A DNA stretch of 64,000 nucleotides, from positions 16,492,001 through 16,556,000 of the forward strand of contig OX597815.1 in the NCBI GenBank assembly GCA_951406725.2, read 5' to 3'. The notes under the pieces are model-generated. The model ran no database searches, was not told the origin of the DNA, and was given only the letters and a program-made list of their open reading frames with translations. A program made the translations under genes and the position numbers. Origin of the DNA: Octopus vulgaris (Eukaryota). Of the stretch, positions 40,749-47,939 are shown one piece after another (the stretch's first letter is position 1; every line of letters starts with the position of its first letter).

Positions 40749-42576
40749 TTGAAAATTTGAAATTTATAAACCATTTTTTTTTTTTCTTTCAGAATCGTAA
40801 ACTTCGTATTTTTCTACGTATTTCGCAAAAAAAAAAAAAAAAAAAAATCTGGGACAAGTGAAAAATAAGGAAGTGGGAGAGTAATTGAAATTTTGAAAAA
40901 AATTTTTTTTTCAGAATCGGATCCTCCATAACCCAAAACGTGGGATTCCGTAAAAAAGATCAATATATATCCATTTCACCAGAAGTTATGACTGAAAAAT
41001 CGGATCTTGTCAATTTTCCGAAAGTCCCCTTCTCACCCCCCCCGGGGTCGTCAGCGCGCATTCTTTTTTTTTTTCATATTCGTTTTCCACATACTTGTTA
41101 ACGCCCTCCAGGCTGGTTAATTTTTGCTTTTGTTTCCGGGTGGGGTTCTTTATATTGATTGATTTCTGCCCTGTCTTTGGATGATCATAACTTTCAGAAA
41201 AATGGATATTTTTTAATGAAATTTTCTACGAATATGTGTTATATCATGTAGATTCCGAATATACAAAATTTGTGGGGAAAAGTGTTTTAGAAGAGGGCGG
41301 GTGGGGAATTTCGGAAAATTCACCGGCGTCCACTTCGATTCGTTTTAACTTTCAAGAAAATGGATATTTTTTAACGAAATTCTCTACAAACATACCTCGG
41401 ACTACGTAGATTCCGAGAACATACGAATTTGGGGGGAAACAACTTGGGGTTATTTTTGAGAACCGTTCCCCACCCGAGGGTGTTCCCGGAACAGGTCGTC
41501 CATATTTGTTTCATTTTCTGTTTCGTGCGTTTTGTGCATCCGTAGATTTATTTCTACTACTCGCACACAAACAATTATGTAATTAAAAAAAGTTCAAACG
41601 GGTAATTAATCCACTCAATATCATGCTTCCTATAGAGATTATATAACAAATTATACTTTACACTTCTATATTTAACTGTGCGTGTATATTATTTATTTTT
41701 GCTTCTGGTGTCTTCTACCTTTCTATTAGAAAAGTTTACCTGAGAATTTACCTGAGAAGTGAAAACAAAGATCGTATGCAACAGATAAGACGTCTTACTA
41801 ACATATTTCTGTGTACCAGACCTGTAGCTGTTATTTTTAGCATAACGAGTTTTCTGGTGAGGGCTTCATTTGCCTTCATCACCCGTTTATTACTTCAGTA
41901 GAAATCTATGTTCTCGGAATCTACATAGTCCGGGGGTATATTTGTGGAGAATTTCATTAAAAAAAATATCCATTTTCTTGAAAGGTAAGACGAATTGAAG
42001 TGGACGCCGGTGAATTTTCCGAAATTCCCCACCTCAGCCCCTCCTAAAATACCTTCCCCAAAAAAAAGTGTTGTATATTCGGAAACTACATGATATATCA
42101 CATATTCGTAGAAAATTTCATTTAAAAATATTCATTTTTCTGAAAGTTATGATCATCCAAAGTCGGTGGGGGAGGCAAAAAAAATCTGTAGTTATACCAC
42201 ATATAACTAGTGGCACATTTTTTGACCTTATCATGTGAATGAACGTTCTCAATGAATTTGATGAGTTCTTTAGCCCTGGTCGAGTAGGCATATGACCAAA
42301 GGTACCCCAAAGGTATATTTTACCTTTTTTAAGACTACACTATCTAATGTACCCTTCCTATATTTTGACGAGGGGGGACTGACTTGAGGGTGATTTGGCT
42401 GTTATTTTTAGCGAGTCACCCTACCATATGAAAGTCTCTATTTGACTGTTTACGTGTTTGATCACAATAATAAGGTTAATGCAATATTCATAGAACAGAA
42501 GTGGTTAAAGAAAAAAAGGGTTATATTTGAATATAAATAAGTATTAGCTTACCTTAGTAATAATATTAGCTGCCAT
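6407..42576 (-). CDS. ACADM: Medium-chain specific acyl-CoA dehydrogenase, mitochondrial; 13 coding exons, join(42553-42576, 34312-34381, 30501-30598, 28324-28393, 20766-20866, 17144-17224, 13626-13865, 12461-12532, 10637-10705, 10405-10500, 9729-9905, 9130-9201, 6407-6484)
   Basis: Manual splicing gives a continuous 1248-nt frame with GT-AG introns. It contains MCAD motifs [97 protein letters not shown] (catalytic Glu in YEGT), and an Arg-rich mitochondrial presequence. Confidence 0.96.
6785..7010 (-). mobile_element. tRNA-derived SINE (family A), 3' half
   Basis: Reverse complement of the 3' half of the element at 14768-15228. Confidence 0.75.
7038..7800 (-). mobile_element. Penelope-like element relic, GIY-YIG endonuclease region
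   Basis: IIPYS...IRIGFS...(N-rich linker)...VYQCKI...[10 protein letters not shown]...[11 protein letters not shown]...WNIL...CLLCNEE; frameshifted. Confidence 0.85.
8490..8835 (+). mobile_element. RTE-clade LINE APE endonuclease fragment
   Basis: [14 protein letters not shown]...[11 protein letters not shown]...[17 protein letters not shown]...TIISAYAP. Confidence 0.85.
9130..9201 (-). CDS. ACADM: ACADM exon 12 ([24 protein letters not shown])
   Basis: TAG/GTCAGT boundaries, 72 nt. Confidence 0.96.
9400..9631. repeat. Inverted repeat (~70-bp arms, 35 bp perfect) in ACADM intron 11
   Basis: TATTCTATTGTGTCTGGGGAGAGTCATTTTCTTTT pairs with AAAAGAAAATGACTCTCCCCAGACACAATAGAATA; the same family occurs at ~6630-6750 and ~63540-63667. 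Confidence 0.85.
9729..9905 (-). CDS. ACADM: ACADM exon 11 ([14 protein letters not shown]...KCTTDAVQ)
   Basis: CAG/GTAAAC boundaries, 177 nt; inside ORF-track 9660..9938. Confidence 0.96.
10405..10500 (-). CDS. ACADM: ACADM exon 10 ([32 protein letters not shown])
   Basis: CAG/GTAAGT boundaries, 96 nt. Confidence 0.96.
10637..10705 (-). CDS. ACADM: ACADM exon 9 ([23 protein letters not shown])
   Basis: CAG/GTAAGT boundaries, 69 nt. Confidence 0.96.
11501..12300 (-). mobile_element. 5'-truncated RTE-clade LINE (ORF C-terminus, 3' UTR, (GAT)n tail)
   Basis: [42 protein letters not shown] is a typical RTE C-terminus, followed by a UTR with subrepeats and the tail TTAAACGATGATG. Confidence 0.9.
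12461..12532 (-). CDS. ACADM: ACADM exon 8 ([24 protein letters not shown])
   Basis: TAG/GTAATG boundaries, 72 nt. Confidence 0.96.
13252..13388 (-). mobile_element. RTE-LINE 3' tail fragment
   Basis: CATCATCGTTTAACGTCC...CCCTTCCTAATGCC. Confidence 0.8.
13626..13865 (-). CDS. ACADM: ACADM exon 7 ([15 protein letters not shown]...TPGIIKGRK)
   Basis: TAG/GTATGT boundaries, 240 nt; matches ORF-track 13614..13856. Confidence 0.97.
13945..14154. mobile_element. piggyBac-type MITE
   Basis: TTAA|CCCTTTTGTTAC ... GTAACAAAAGGG|TTAA; same family as the array at 34558-35704. Confidence 0.85.
14210..14497 (-). mobile_element. CR1/L2-like LINE 3' end fragment
   Basis: The minus strand reads [28 protein letters not shown] (typical CR1-group C-terminus), followed by an (ATT)n tail. 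Confidence 0.7.
14768..15228 (+). mobile_element. tRNA-derived SINE (family A), full length, with internal (TA)n(TG)n
   Basis: A-box TGGCTGTGTGGTAAG, B-box GGTTCAGTCCC, central microsatellite, 3' end TGACTGAAACAAGTAAAAGAG; multiple copies in the window. Confidence 0.88.
16320..16705 (+). mobile_element. RTE-LINE 3' UTR/tail with 4 subrepeat units
   Basis: Four GCACGTAAAAAGCACC-type units, a conserved terminal segment and a (GAT)n tail. Confidence 0.85.
17144..17224 (-). CDS. ACADM: ACADM exon 6 ([27 protein letters not shown])
   Basis: CAG/GTAAGT boundaries, 81 nt. Confidence 0.96.
17275..17718 (+). mobile_element. RTE-LINE 3' UTR/tail
   Basis: Colinear with the UTR of 11501-12300. Confidence 0.85.
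17719..18110 (+). mobile_element. Two tandem SINE copies (family B), Meta-domain-like core
   Basis: GGCGGTGAGCTGG head and core GGTCAACTTTGCCTTTCATC...GGGGTCGATAAA..AGTA, repeated at ~17950-18100. The Meta-domain assignment is from recall. Confidence 0.7.
18210..18670 (+). mobile_element. Penelope-like GIY-YIG relic, same family as 44071-44589
   Basis: [17 protein letters not shown]...[21 protein letters not shown]...[17 protein letters not shown]; begins directly after (TA)n. Confidence 0.85.
19491..19740 (-). mobile_element. RTE-LINE 3' tail
   Basis: Reverse-oriented copy of the same tail. Confidence 0.85.
19930..20636. mobile_element. piggyBac-type MITE (family 2) interrupted by an RTE tail (~20020-20490, +)
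   Basis: TTAA-TCCTTTAGCATT ... AATGCTAAAGGG-TTAA; uninterrupted relative at 33982-34202. Confidence 0.7.
20766..20866 (-). CDS. ACADM: ACADM exon 5 ([34 protein letters not shown])
   Basis: CAG/GTAAGT boundaries, 101 nt; EELAYGCTG motif. Confidence 0.96.
21481..22248 (+). mobile_element. RTE-LINE 3' end with an internal inverted duplication
   Basis: [16 protein letters not shown]... ORF end, UTR and (GAT)n tail; ~21880-21947 is the reverse complement of ~21668-21731. Confidence 0.85.
22290..22520 (+). mobile_element. Solo Penelope pLTR-like fragment with a degenerate hammerhead motif
   Basis: GTTT-CTGACGA-A-GAGC-TCC-GCTC-CAAA-CGTA at 22386-22420; similar to 45120-45260; flanked by (TA)n on both sides. 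Confidence 0.55.
22560..23365 (+). mobile_element. RTE-clade LINE ORF C-terminal fragment (Cys-rich region and post-RT region)
   Basis: WPCSICRKG...CGRC...[12 protein letters not shown]...[11 protein letters not shown]...[10 protein letters not shown]...[17 protein letters not shown]; disrupted. Confidence 0.88.
23600..24919 (+). mobile_element. Penelope-like element relic (thumb, Asn-rich linker, GIY-YIG)
   Basis: ORF 24275-24919: [53 protein letters not shown]; upstream VWLILPY. Confidence 0.88.
25345..26416. mobile_element. Larger non-autonomous piggyBac-like element
   Basis: TTAA|CCCTTTCGTTAC ... GTAACGAAAGGG|TTAA; internal direct repeats (~25870-25970 / 26048-26149 and 25568-25633). 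Confidence 0.8.
26838..27028 (-). mobile_element. RTE-LINE 3' tail
   Basis: Same tail family, reverse orientation. Confidence 0.85.
28324..28393 (-). CDS. ACADM: ACADM exon 4 ([24 protein letters not shown])
   Basis: CAG/GTAAGT boundaries, 70 nt; absent from the ORF track. Confidence 0.95.
28520..28905. repeat. Degenerate ~30-bp minisatellite
   Basis: Recurring TATRACAGGACAYRTCAATATC-like motif at ~28559, 28621, 28652, 28739 and 28885. Confidence 0.65.
29060..29540. repeat. Diverged ~260-bp tandem duplication (possible Helitron 3'-end remnant)
   Basis: CCCAGC.TTGCTC..GATTAAAAT...GGGCCACATTTTAAAAGA.GAGGAATTTTGCCCTAGAGG...TTTTCAGCTCAATCCAACCACA occurs twice. Confidence 0.7.
29707..29834 (-). 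mobile_element. RTE-LINE 3' tail fragment
   Basis: (CAT)n CGTTTAACGTCCG...CTGGCAGTGTTTCT. Confidence 0.8.
30501..30598 (-). CDS. ACADM: ACADM exon 3 ([33 protein letters not shown])
   Basis: CAG acceptor, GTTAGT donor, 98 nt; strong MCAD similarity. Confidence 0.95.
30870..31100 (-). mobile_element. Penelope-like RT/thumb relic
   Basis: The minus strand yields FLDVL and (shifted frame) [22 protein letters not shown], resembling the PLE T.VYRKPT.T.RYL.F.S.HP motif. Confidence 0.6.
31640..32010 (-). mobile_element. RTE-like LINE 3' end (second family)
   Basis: [25 protein letters not shown]...[25 protein letters not shown]...[12 protein letters not shown] followed by a (TGA)n tail. Confidence 0.8.
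33415..33665 (+). mobile_element. RTE-LINE 3' tail
   Basis: Same tail family. Confidence 0.85.
33982..34202. mobile_element. piggyBac-type MITE (family 2)
   Basis: TTAA|CCCTTTAG ... CTAAAGGG|TTAA. Confidence 0.82.
34312..34381 (-). CDS. ACADM: ACADM exon 2 ([23 protein letters not shown])
   Basis: TGCAG acceptor, GTATGT donor, phase 1. Transit-peptide-like sequence ending in the conserved GFSF. Confidence 0.88.
34558..35704. repeat. Tandem array of four piggyBac-type MITE units (251-bp period)
   Basis: Units start at 34558 (carrying an insertion), 34981, 35232 and 35483; each ends AAGGG|TTAA, and units are separated by the same ~30-bp spacer. Confidence 0.9.
37241..37627 (+). mobile_element. 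tRNA-derived SINE (family C), full length with TSD
   Basis: A-box TGGCCCAGTGGTTAGG, B-box-like GCTTCGATTCCC; 13-bp TSD ATAAGTGTCACTG (37228-37240, 37628-37640). Confidence 0.9.
38415..38686 (+). mobile_element. RTE-LINE 3' tail
   Basis: Two subrepeat units, terminal segment and a long (GAT)n. Confidence 0.85.
39520..41130. repeat. Inverted pair of dispersed repeats (~39520-39790 vs ~40750-41130)
   Basis: For example CCAGCCTGGAGAGTGTTATCAAGTATGTGGAAAAC vs GTTTTCCACATACTTGTTAACGCCCTCCAGGCTGG, and GCGAAATACGTAGAAAAAT vs ATTTTTCTACGTATTTCGC. Confidence 0.75.
40337..40645 (+). mobile_element. RTE-LINE 3' tail
   Basis: Three subrepeat units plus the terminal segment. Confidence 0.85.
41175..42162. 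repeat. Inverted repeat with ~255-bp arms (41175-41430 / 41902-42162) in ACADM intron 1
   Basis: CTTTGGATGATCATAACTTTCAGAAAAATG vs CATTTTTCTGAAAGTTATGATCATCCAAAG; GGAAAATTCACCGGCGTCCACTTC vs GAAGTGGACGCCGGTGAATTTTCC. Confidence 0.85.
42553..42576 (-). CDS. ACADM: ACADM coding exon 1 (MAANIITK)
   Basis: ATG at 42576, GTAAGC donor, phase 0 joining exon 2 (VLRS...), as in the vertebrate exon 1/2 junction. The exon is short, so support is mostly contextual. Confidence 0.75.
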
Positions 42577-42643
42577 CGTAAGAGAGACGAATTATCGAAA
42601 TAAATCAGGCACCGACGATAGACAAACGTTATACAAACAGATA

Positions 42644-42656
42644 CGACCAAAGTTCA
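42644..42656 (+). promoter_or_regulatory. Candidate nuclear-receptor DR1/HNF4-type site near the ACADM start
   Basis: CGACCA-A-AGTTCA (core CAAAGTTCA), 68-80 bp upstream of the ATG. Confidence 0.3.
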
Positions 42657-43200
42657 CGACACACCTTCGTTGTCATAGAAGTAGTAGTACCACTTGTAAT
42701 TGCTGTAAATAAATTCTTTCGAATTATTTAAGACGAAAAAACAACAAATTTTTTTTTCGAATTTCACGTTACGAATTTTTGCCTATTTGGCGATCTTTGA
42801 TTTTAGGTAAATATTTATATATCTGCGAGACTAATAATGAAACCAAAACAATCTAGGAAAATGCAAAAATAGACTCGGGTACCTCAATTAAGCGGAACGA
42901 ACAATGTAAACGCTTTAAAGTCACTAAATAATGTTTAATAATAACTCTTTAGTAGTTTATTTATTAAAAATTTTAACTTTTGTAATGGCAAGACTTTTGT
43001 TTTAACTTTATTGACCAGGTTTTTAAAGTATTTTCGAAAGGCCTACAAGTAAAATAATTATACTGCGTTACTATATATATATACATATATAGGAGAATTG
43101 TTTGCGTGATGAAATAAAAAACCAAGGCTGTGTAGAACGTTGACCCCTTTGTGTGTCAATGACACCGTTACCTCGTATAACCTCAATATATATATATAAT

Positions 43201-44038
43201 CTCTCTCTTTACTCTTGTACTTGTTTCAGTCATGCGACTGTGGCCATGCTGTAGCACCGCCTTAAGTCGAGCAAATCGACCCCAGGATTTATTCTTTGTA
43301 AGCCCAGTACTTATTCTATCGGTGTCTTTTGCCGAACCGCTAAGTTACGGGGACGTAAACACACCAGCATCGGTTGTCAAGCGATGTTGGCGGAGGGGAC
43401 AAACACAGACACACAAACATACACACACACATACATATATACGAGGATCTTTTCGGTTTGAACGGCAGTTTTTTAAAATAATTTCCACGTAACTAAACGC
43501 TTTTAAACTTTGTATACTGGTAGAATGTATTTATAAAACATTTTTTTCTCTTGGCATTATTGAGAAAATTCTATAGTTTGTAAGATATTTGTTGTTGTTT
43601 TTTTCTTCAATTTCTGCAATTTCAACCAATCAATGACGTCTATTGAGGTGGAAACATTCAGTGCATTATGAATATGTCCCTCGATTAAGAAACAGATTGG
43701 GTTTATTTACATTTCTGAAGAAAAAAAAGATACCCTTCCCCCCACCCCTAATCCTAACCCTAACTAACCCTAAACCTAAAACAGATTGAAATGCAATAGA
43801 TCAATACTAGGGCTATAATTATGGGTGACAATTTCATATGACACCGCTAGAAAAAACTGCCGTTCAAACTGAAAAGATCCATATACGACGGACTTCTTTC
43901 AGCTTCCCTTTACCAAATCCACTCACAAGGCTTTGGTCGGCCCGAGGCTATAGTAGAAGACACTTGCCCAAGGTGCCACGCAGTGGAACTGAACCCAGAA
44001 CCATGTGGTTGGTAAGCAAGCTACTTACCACACAGCCA

Positions 44039-44040
<2 letters not shown>
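43201..44040 (-). mobile_element. tRNA-derived SINE (family A) interrupted by a GGATC-TIR MITE
   Basis: The 3' half (43201-43444) and 5' half (43881-44040) match 14768-15228 in reverse. Confidence 0.88.
43445..43880. mobile_element. GGATC-TIR MITE, complete
   Basis: Both TIRs present; 8-bp TSD ATATACGA; near-identical to 91-507. Confidence 0.9.
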
Positions 44041-44070
<30 letters not shown>

Positions 44071-44074
<4 letters not shown>

Positions 44075-45310
44075 ACCTCTTCCCTAACCGACCCCTCCCC
44101 TCTTTCAAACGAGCCCATAACCTTCGAGACCTTTTGGTCCATAGCTCCTTCCCTGACCCTACCTCCCAACCTGGCTCGTTCCCCTGCTCTCGCCCACGTC
44201 GCCGCACTTGCCCTTACCTCTCCAACACCACCCTCCTCACTGGCACCCATCATCGACCCTATCGCATCATCAACTCCTTCACCTGCACCTCCAGCAATAT
44301 TATCTATTGCGTCTCTTGCTCTCTCTGCCATTCTCTGTACATCGGACAAACGGGACGCCGCTTGGCTGACCGGTTCGCGGAACACCTTCGTGACACCCGC
44401 CTTGCGAACGACACACCGATCTCACGCCATTTCCGCTCCACCGGTCACTCCTTGCAACACCTGTCTGTGTTCGGTTTGTGCTTACACAGAGGCCATCCAG
44501 ATTCCCGTTTGCGCCGTGAACAGGAATTAATCTTCTCTCTTCACTCTTATACGCCATTTGGTCTCAACTCTCCCCCCCTCCTCATCTAACCCCCCTCTCT
44601 CCCTTCCTCATCTAACCTCCCCCGACCCCTACTTCTCTTCAGTCCTTCATCCTTTCACCCCTATTCCTCTTCCCTTCTTCCCTCTTTCTCCCTCCCTCCT
44701 TCTTCCCTCTTCCCCTTCCCTCTTTCTCTCTGCTCCCTCACTCCCCTTCTCTCTCTCTCCCTCTCCCTCTATCCTCCCTCCTCTTCTCCCCTTTCTTTCT
44801 CCCCTCCCCCTCCCCCTCTCACCCCCCTTACCTCCCCCTCTTCCCTCATTTCCTCTCTCTACACTACACCATACGACTTTACACATCACATCATATATAC
44901 ATACACACGTCCAGACCTCTCATACGCACTAATACTCTCTCATACACACACACACACACTCTTCTCATACACACACACACTCTTATGTTGGAGCGAGGTC
45001 ATTTAACCCTATTATCTCCCCTAATTTCGCTCTTGCGTCTCACGTTTGATCTTTGACTTCTGGCCGAAATCAGATCGCCATGTTGATTCGTTAGCCTCTG
45101 CACGCATTTTTTCTCTCCTTCTTTCTGTGTTTTTTCTCTGTGTATCTTTCTGTTGAAGAGCGTAGGCTCGAAACGTTAAAGACTTGTTTTATTTATATTT
45201 CCTGAGCGCCATACTAATACAATTGTTTGTTTGTATTCCACCTGCCTTCGTCTTTCGTTTATTTCCGTAAACCTGCCTTCGTCTTTTGTCTATTTTCATA
45301 AAGCTTCCCG

Positions 45311-45311
<1 letters not shown>
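44071..45311 (+). mobile_element. 5'-truncated Penelope-like element: open GIY-YIG ORF (to 44589) plus 3' pLTR with a hammerhead motif
   Basis: RAHNLRDLLVHS..PCSRPR.RTCP..FTCTSSNIIYCVSCSLCHSLYIGQTGRRLADRFAEH..RHF..H..RREQELIFSL..PFGLN; flanked by (TA)n on both sides. Confidence 0.9.
45145..45182 (+). ncRNA. Minimal type I hammerhead-like motif (core variant CUGUUGA)
   Basis: TCTTT-CTGTTGA-A-GAGC-GTAG-GCTC-GAAA-CG-TT-AAAGA: stem I TCTTT/AAAGA, stem II GAGC/GCTC, palindromic stem III ACGT; the A6 position is T. Confidence 0.6.
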
Positions 45312-45368
<57 letters not shown>

Positions 45369-45512
45369 AGTTAGAGGAGTTTAATACCTCTAAGGGGTAA
45401 TTCAATACAAAGTCACTACTGGTTATTAGCTGGGTAGGTACAGTCTTTTGTAAGATTGTACGGTAGCAAGTGGTTCGGTTGGTAAACCGGAGTTTAGGTT
45501 ATATAAGGGAAG

Positions 45513-45658
<146 letters not shown>

Positions 45659-45776
45659 ATTTATATATATATTTATATATATATATATAATAAGATCTTA
45701 TGTGGATTTATTTCGTTGGAATTATTGTATGTTTACAAAGCCCAGACAAGCATCTGCAGCCAACAACCCATGCTAC

Positions 45777-45818
45777 TTCAGACTGATGACGAGAAAAACT
45801 CAGAAACTAGTCTCTGGA
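45777..45818 (+). ncRNA. Type I hammerhead ribozyme motif
   Basis: TTCAGA-CTGATGA-C-GAG-AAAAA-CTC-A-GAAA-CTAG-TC-TCTGGA: intact CUGAUGA/GAAA core, GUC cleavage triplet, palindromic stem III ACTAGT, 6-bp stem I. Confidence 0.72.
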
Positions 45819-46222
45819 TGCAGGCTTAGCTGGGTTGGGGTGTTTGTCTCCCCTTGTAAACATAAGGACACAGGAAATGCGTCGAGTCCGACAGGAAACG
45901 TTGATGCTTCCTTGGGCTAAATAGCGGTGGTGTGATTCCTTTCATGGGACTGTCACATTAAGTTGACAGTATACAACTGCTCAACACTAATTATATATAT
46001 TTAAATATTCGTTTCGCTTACGAATACCCAATACTTTTTTTATAATCAACTTGCATTCCTAAAAGTTAACCCATTTACTGCGAGGACTTATTTTCCTTCT
46101 ATTTCGGTATAGTAATTTCCATTATCTTGCCCAGTAAACACACGTATTATCTTTTCGTGGCAAGAAAAAGAAAATGCATAATTAAATCTCAGAATGAGAT
46201 TGAAACAGTAATCGCTCGATAA

Positions 46223-46402
46223 TGTAAAGTATAGAAGCCATCTTATCATGGCTAACCACATTGGGGAGGGGGTGTTACTGTAGCTTTATAGCCCCAAGAG
46301 ACGAAAGCCAGCTAGAGACGACGATCTCTTGGGGCTATAAAGCTACAGTAACACCCCTCTCCAATGTGGTTAGCCATGATAAGATGGCTTCTATACTTTA
46401 CA
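46223..46402. repeat. Near-perfect hairpin (foldback/MITE-like), ~78-bp arms, ~23-nt loop
   Basis: 46223-46301 is the reverse complement of 46325-46402 except within one G/C run. Confidence 0.92.
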
Positions 46403-46435
46403 AAAAGAAAATGATTATCCCGAAATATAACAATA

Positions 46436-46571
46436 CTAGCAGTATAACCCGGCCTTGCCCGGGATTAAGTTACGATTATTAAGGCAATCAAGTTCTTTAT
46501 TTCAAACCAAACTAAGTAATATCGACGTCAAATTTGGGCGAAATCCGTTGAAATTGGTTATATTATATATA

Positions 46572-46658
<87 letters not shown>

Positions 46659-47557
46659 ATATATATATATATATATTATATATATATATATTATATATAC
46701 AATATATATATAATATAAATATATATGGGCAACAGACACGAACACACATACACACACGTACGTACGTACACCTATTGCATGTTTTGTTCATAAACAGAAA
46801 TTAATGGAAAAAATGTTGTTAAATTAACACTCGCACGATTTTCACTAAGAAAAAAAATCGTTTTTCTTTTGCGTGTAATCAACTACTCTGGCATCCTAAT
46901 ATGCTACAAAACCCTTTTTGTGGTCCGTGAAATGGAGTGGGGTGTGGTGGAAGCCTCGGAAATTGTACCCATTTATATTGTGTAATTCACTGACAAATTC
47001 TCAACAAAACACTTTTTTACTCGGCGTAAAATAAAAACAAAGCTCTTTCGCACCCAAAGTAATGTGTATGAGAGAGGGGGGGAGAAAGATGAACGATTTA
47101 AAATAAATAAATGATTTAAAATAAATATATTGTAATTGTTGCGTGAAAAAGTATATATACTATGATTATAAAAACAAAAAACAAAACATTTTACATTTTA
47201 TTTTTTATGAACGTCGTCACTTACTTACTCTCTCTCTCTACCTCTCTCACTTTGTCTTTCCCGTGAAACTCTCTGCCTCCTTCTTCAACTTTTCTTTATC
47301 CTTTTTGTTAGACGCTGTCAAAAAGCAATGGCTGATATTTTTTATGGCTAAAAGCTATGGTTGAAAATTGAATTTCTCCGTTATCCGCGGCTGGGGTACC
47401 TCGGGAAAAAAATAAGTTGACAAAACCCAGATAGGGTGTTGACGAATGACCTAAAATTTGAGCGACATGCGTGCTAATTTGTGGATGTGCATAAACTACA
47501 ATCACGTACACACATACACACACACACGCACATACACCTTGCCTTATATTTATACAG
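46436..47557 (-). mobile_element. Probable non-autonomous Helitron
   Basis: Minus-strand 3' end CCCGGGCAAGGCCGGG hairpin...CTGCTAG|T at 46436; the 5' boundary is approximate. Confidence 0.5.
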
Positions 47558-47939
47558 GTGCTTCAACATCCAATTTCACATCAGGAATCTTTCAAAATAA
47601 ATTCATAAACGTAAAGATTTATTTATCGTTACTGTAGATCAGTGGCCCCCTCAGTTTTTCTTATTTTTTAAAAAACTTAACACGGATGATAATTTATAAA
47701 TATTACTAGAAAAAATTGGTTGTACAAGCTTTTGTAGCGTACGCTTGGGGGAAATTCCTCTCACTCTGTTATATATACATAAATACGGACGTAGTAGATA
47801 ACAGCTAGTCTTCGAGGCCTTTTGGACACTGTTGTGTCCACTATTCTGATTGGTTGGTATTGGCGCAACTTGTCTCTTGCTCTGTTGCGCGCCAATATAC
47901 AATCAAACCAATCGCAGCCTTCTGATAAGGTCACGTGAG

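Noticed and set aside
43838-44530. 230-aa ORF as a novel gene
   Set aside because: Chimeric read-through of a MITE end, an antisense SINE, (TA)n and an off-frame Penelope sequence.
44558-44932. Pro/Ser/Leu-rich ORF and its Gly/Arg/Glu antisense
   Set aside because: Polypyrimidine low-complexity tract in the Penelope 3' region.
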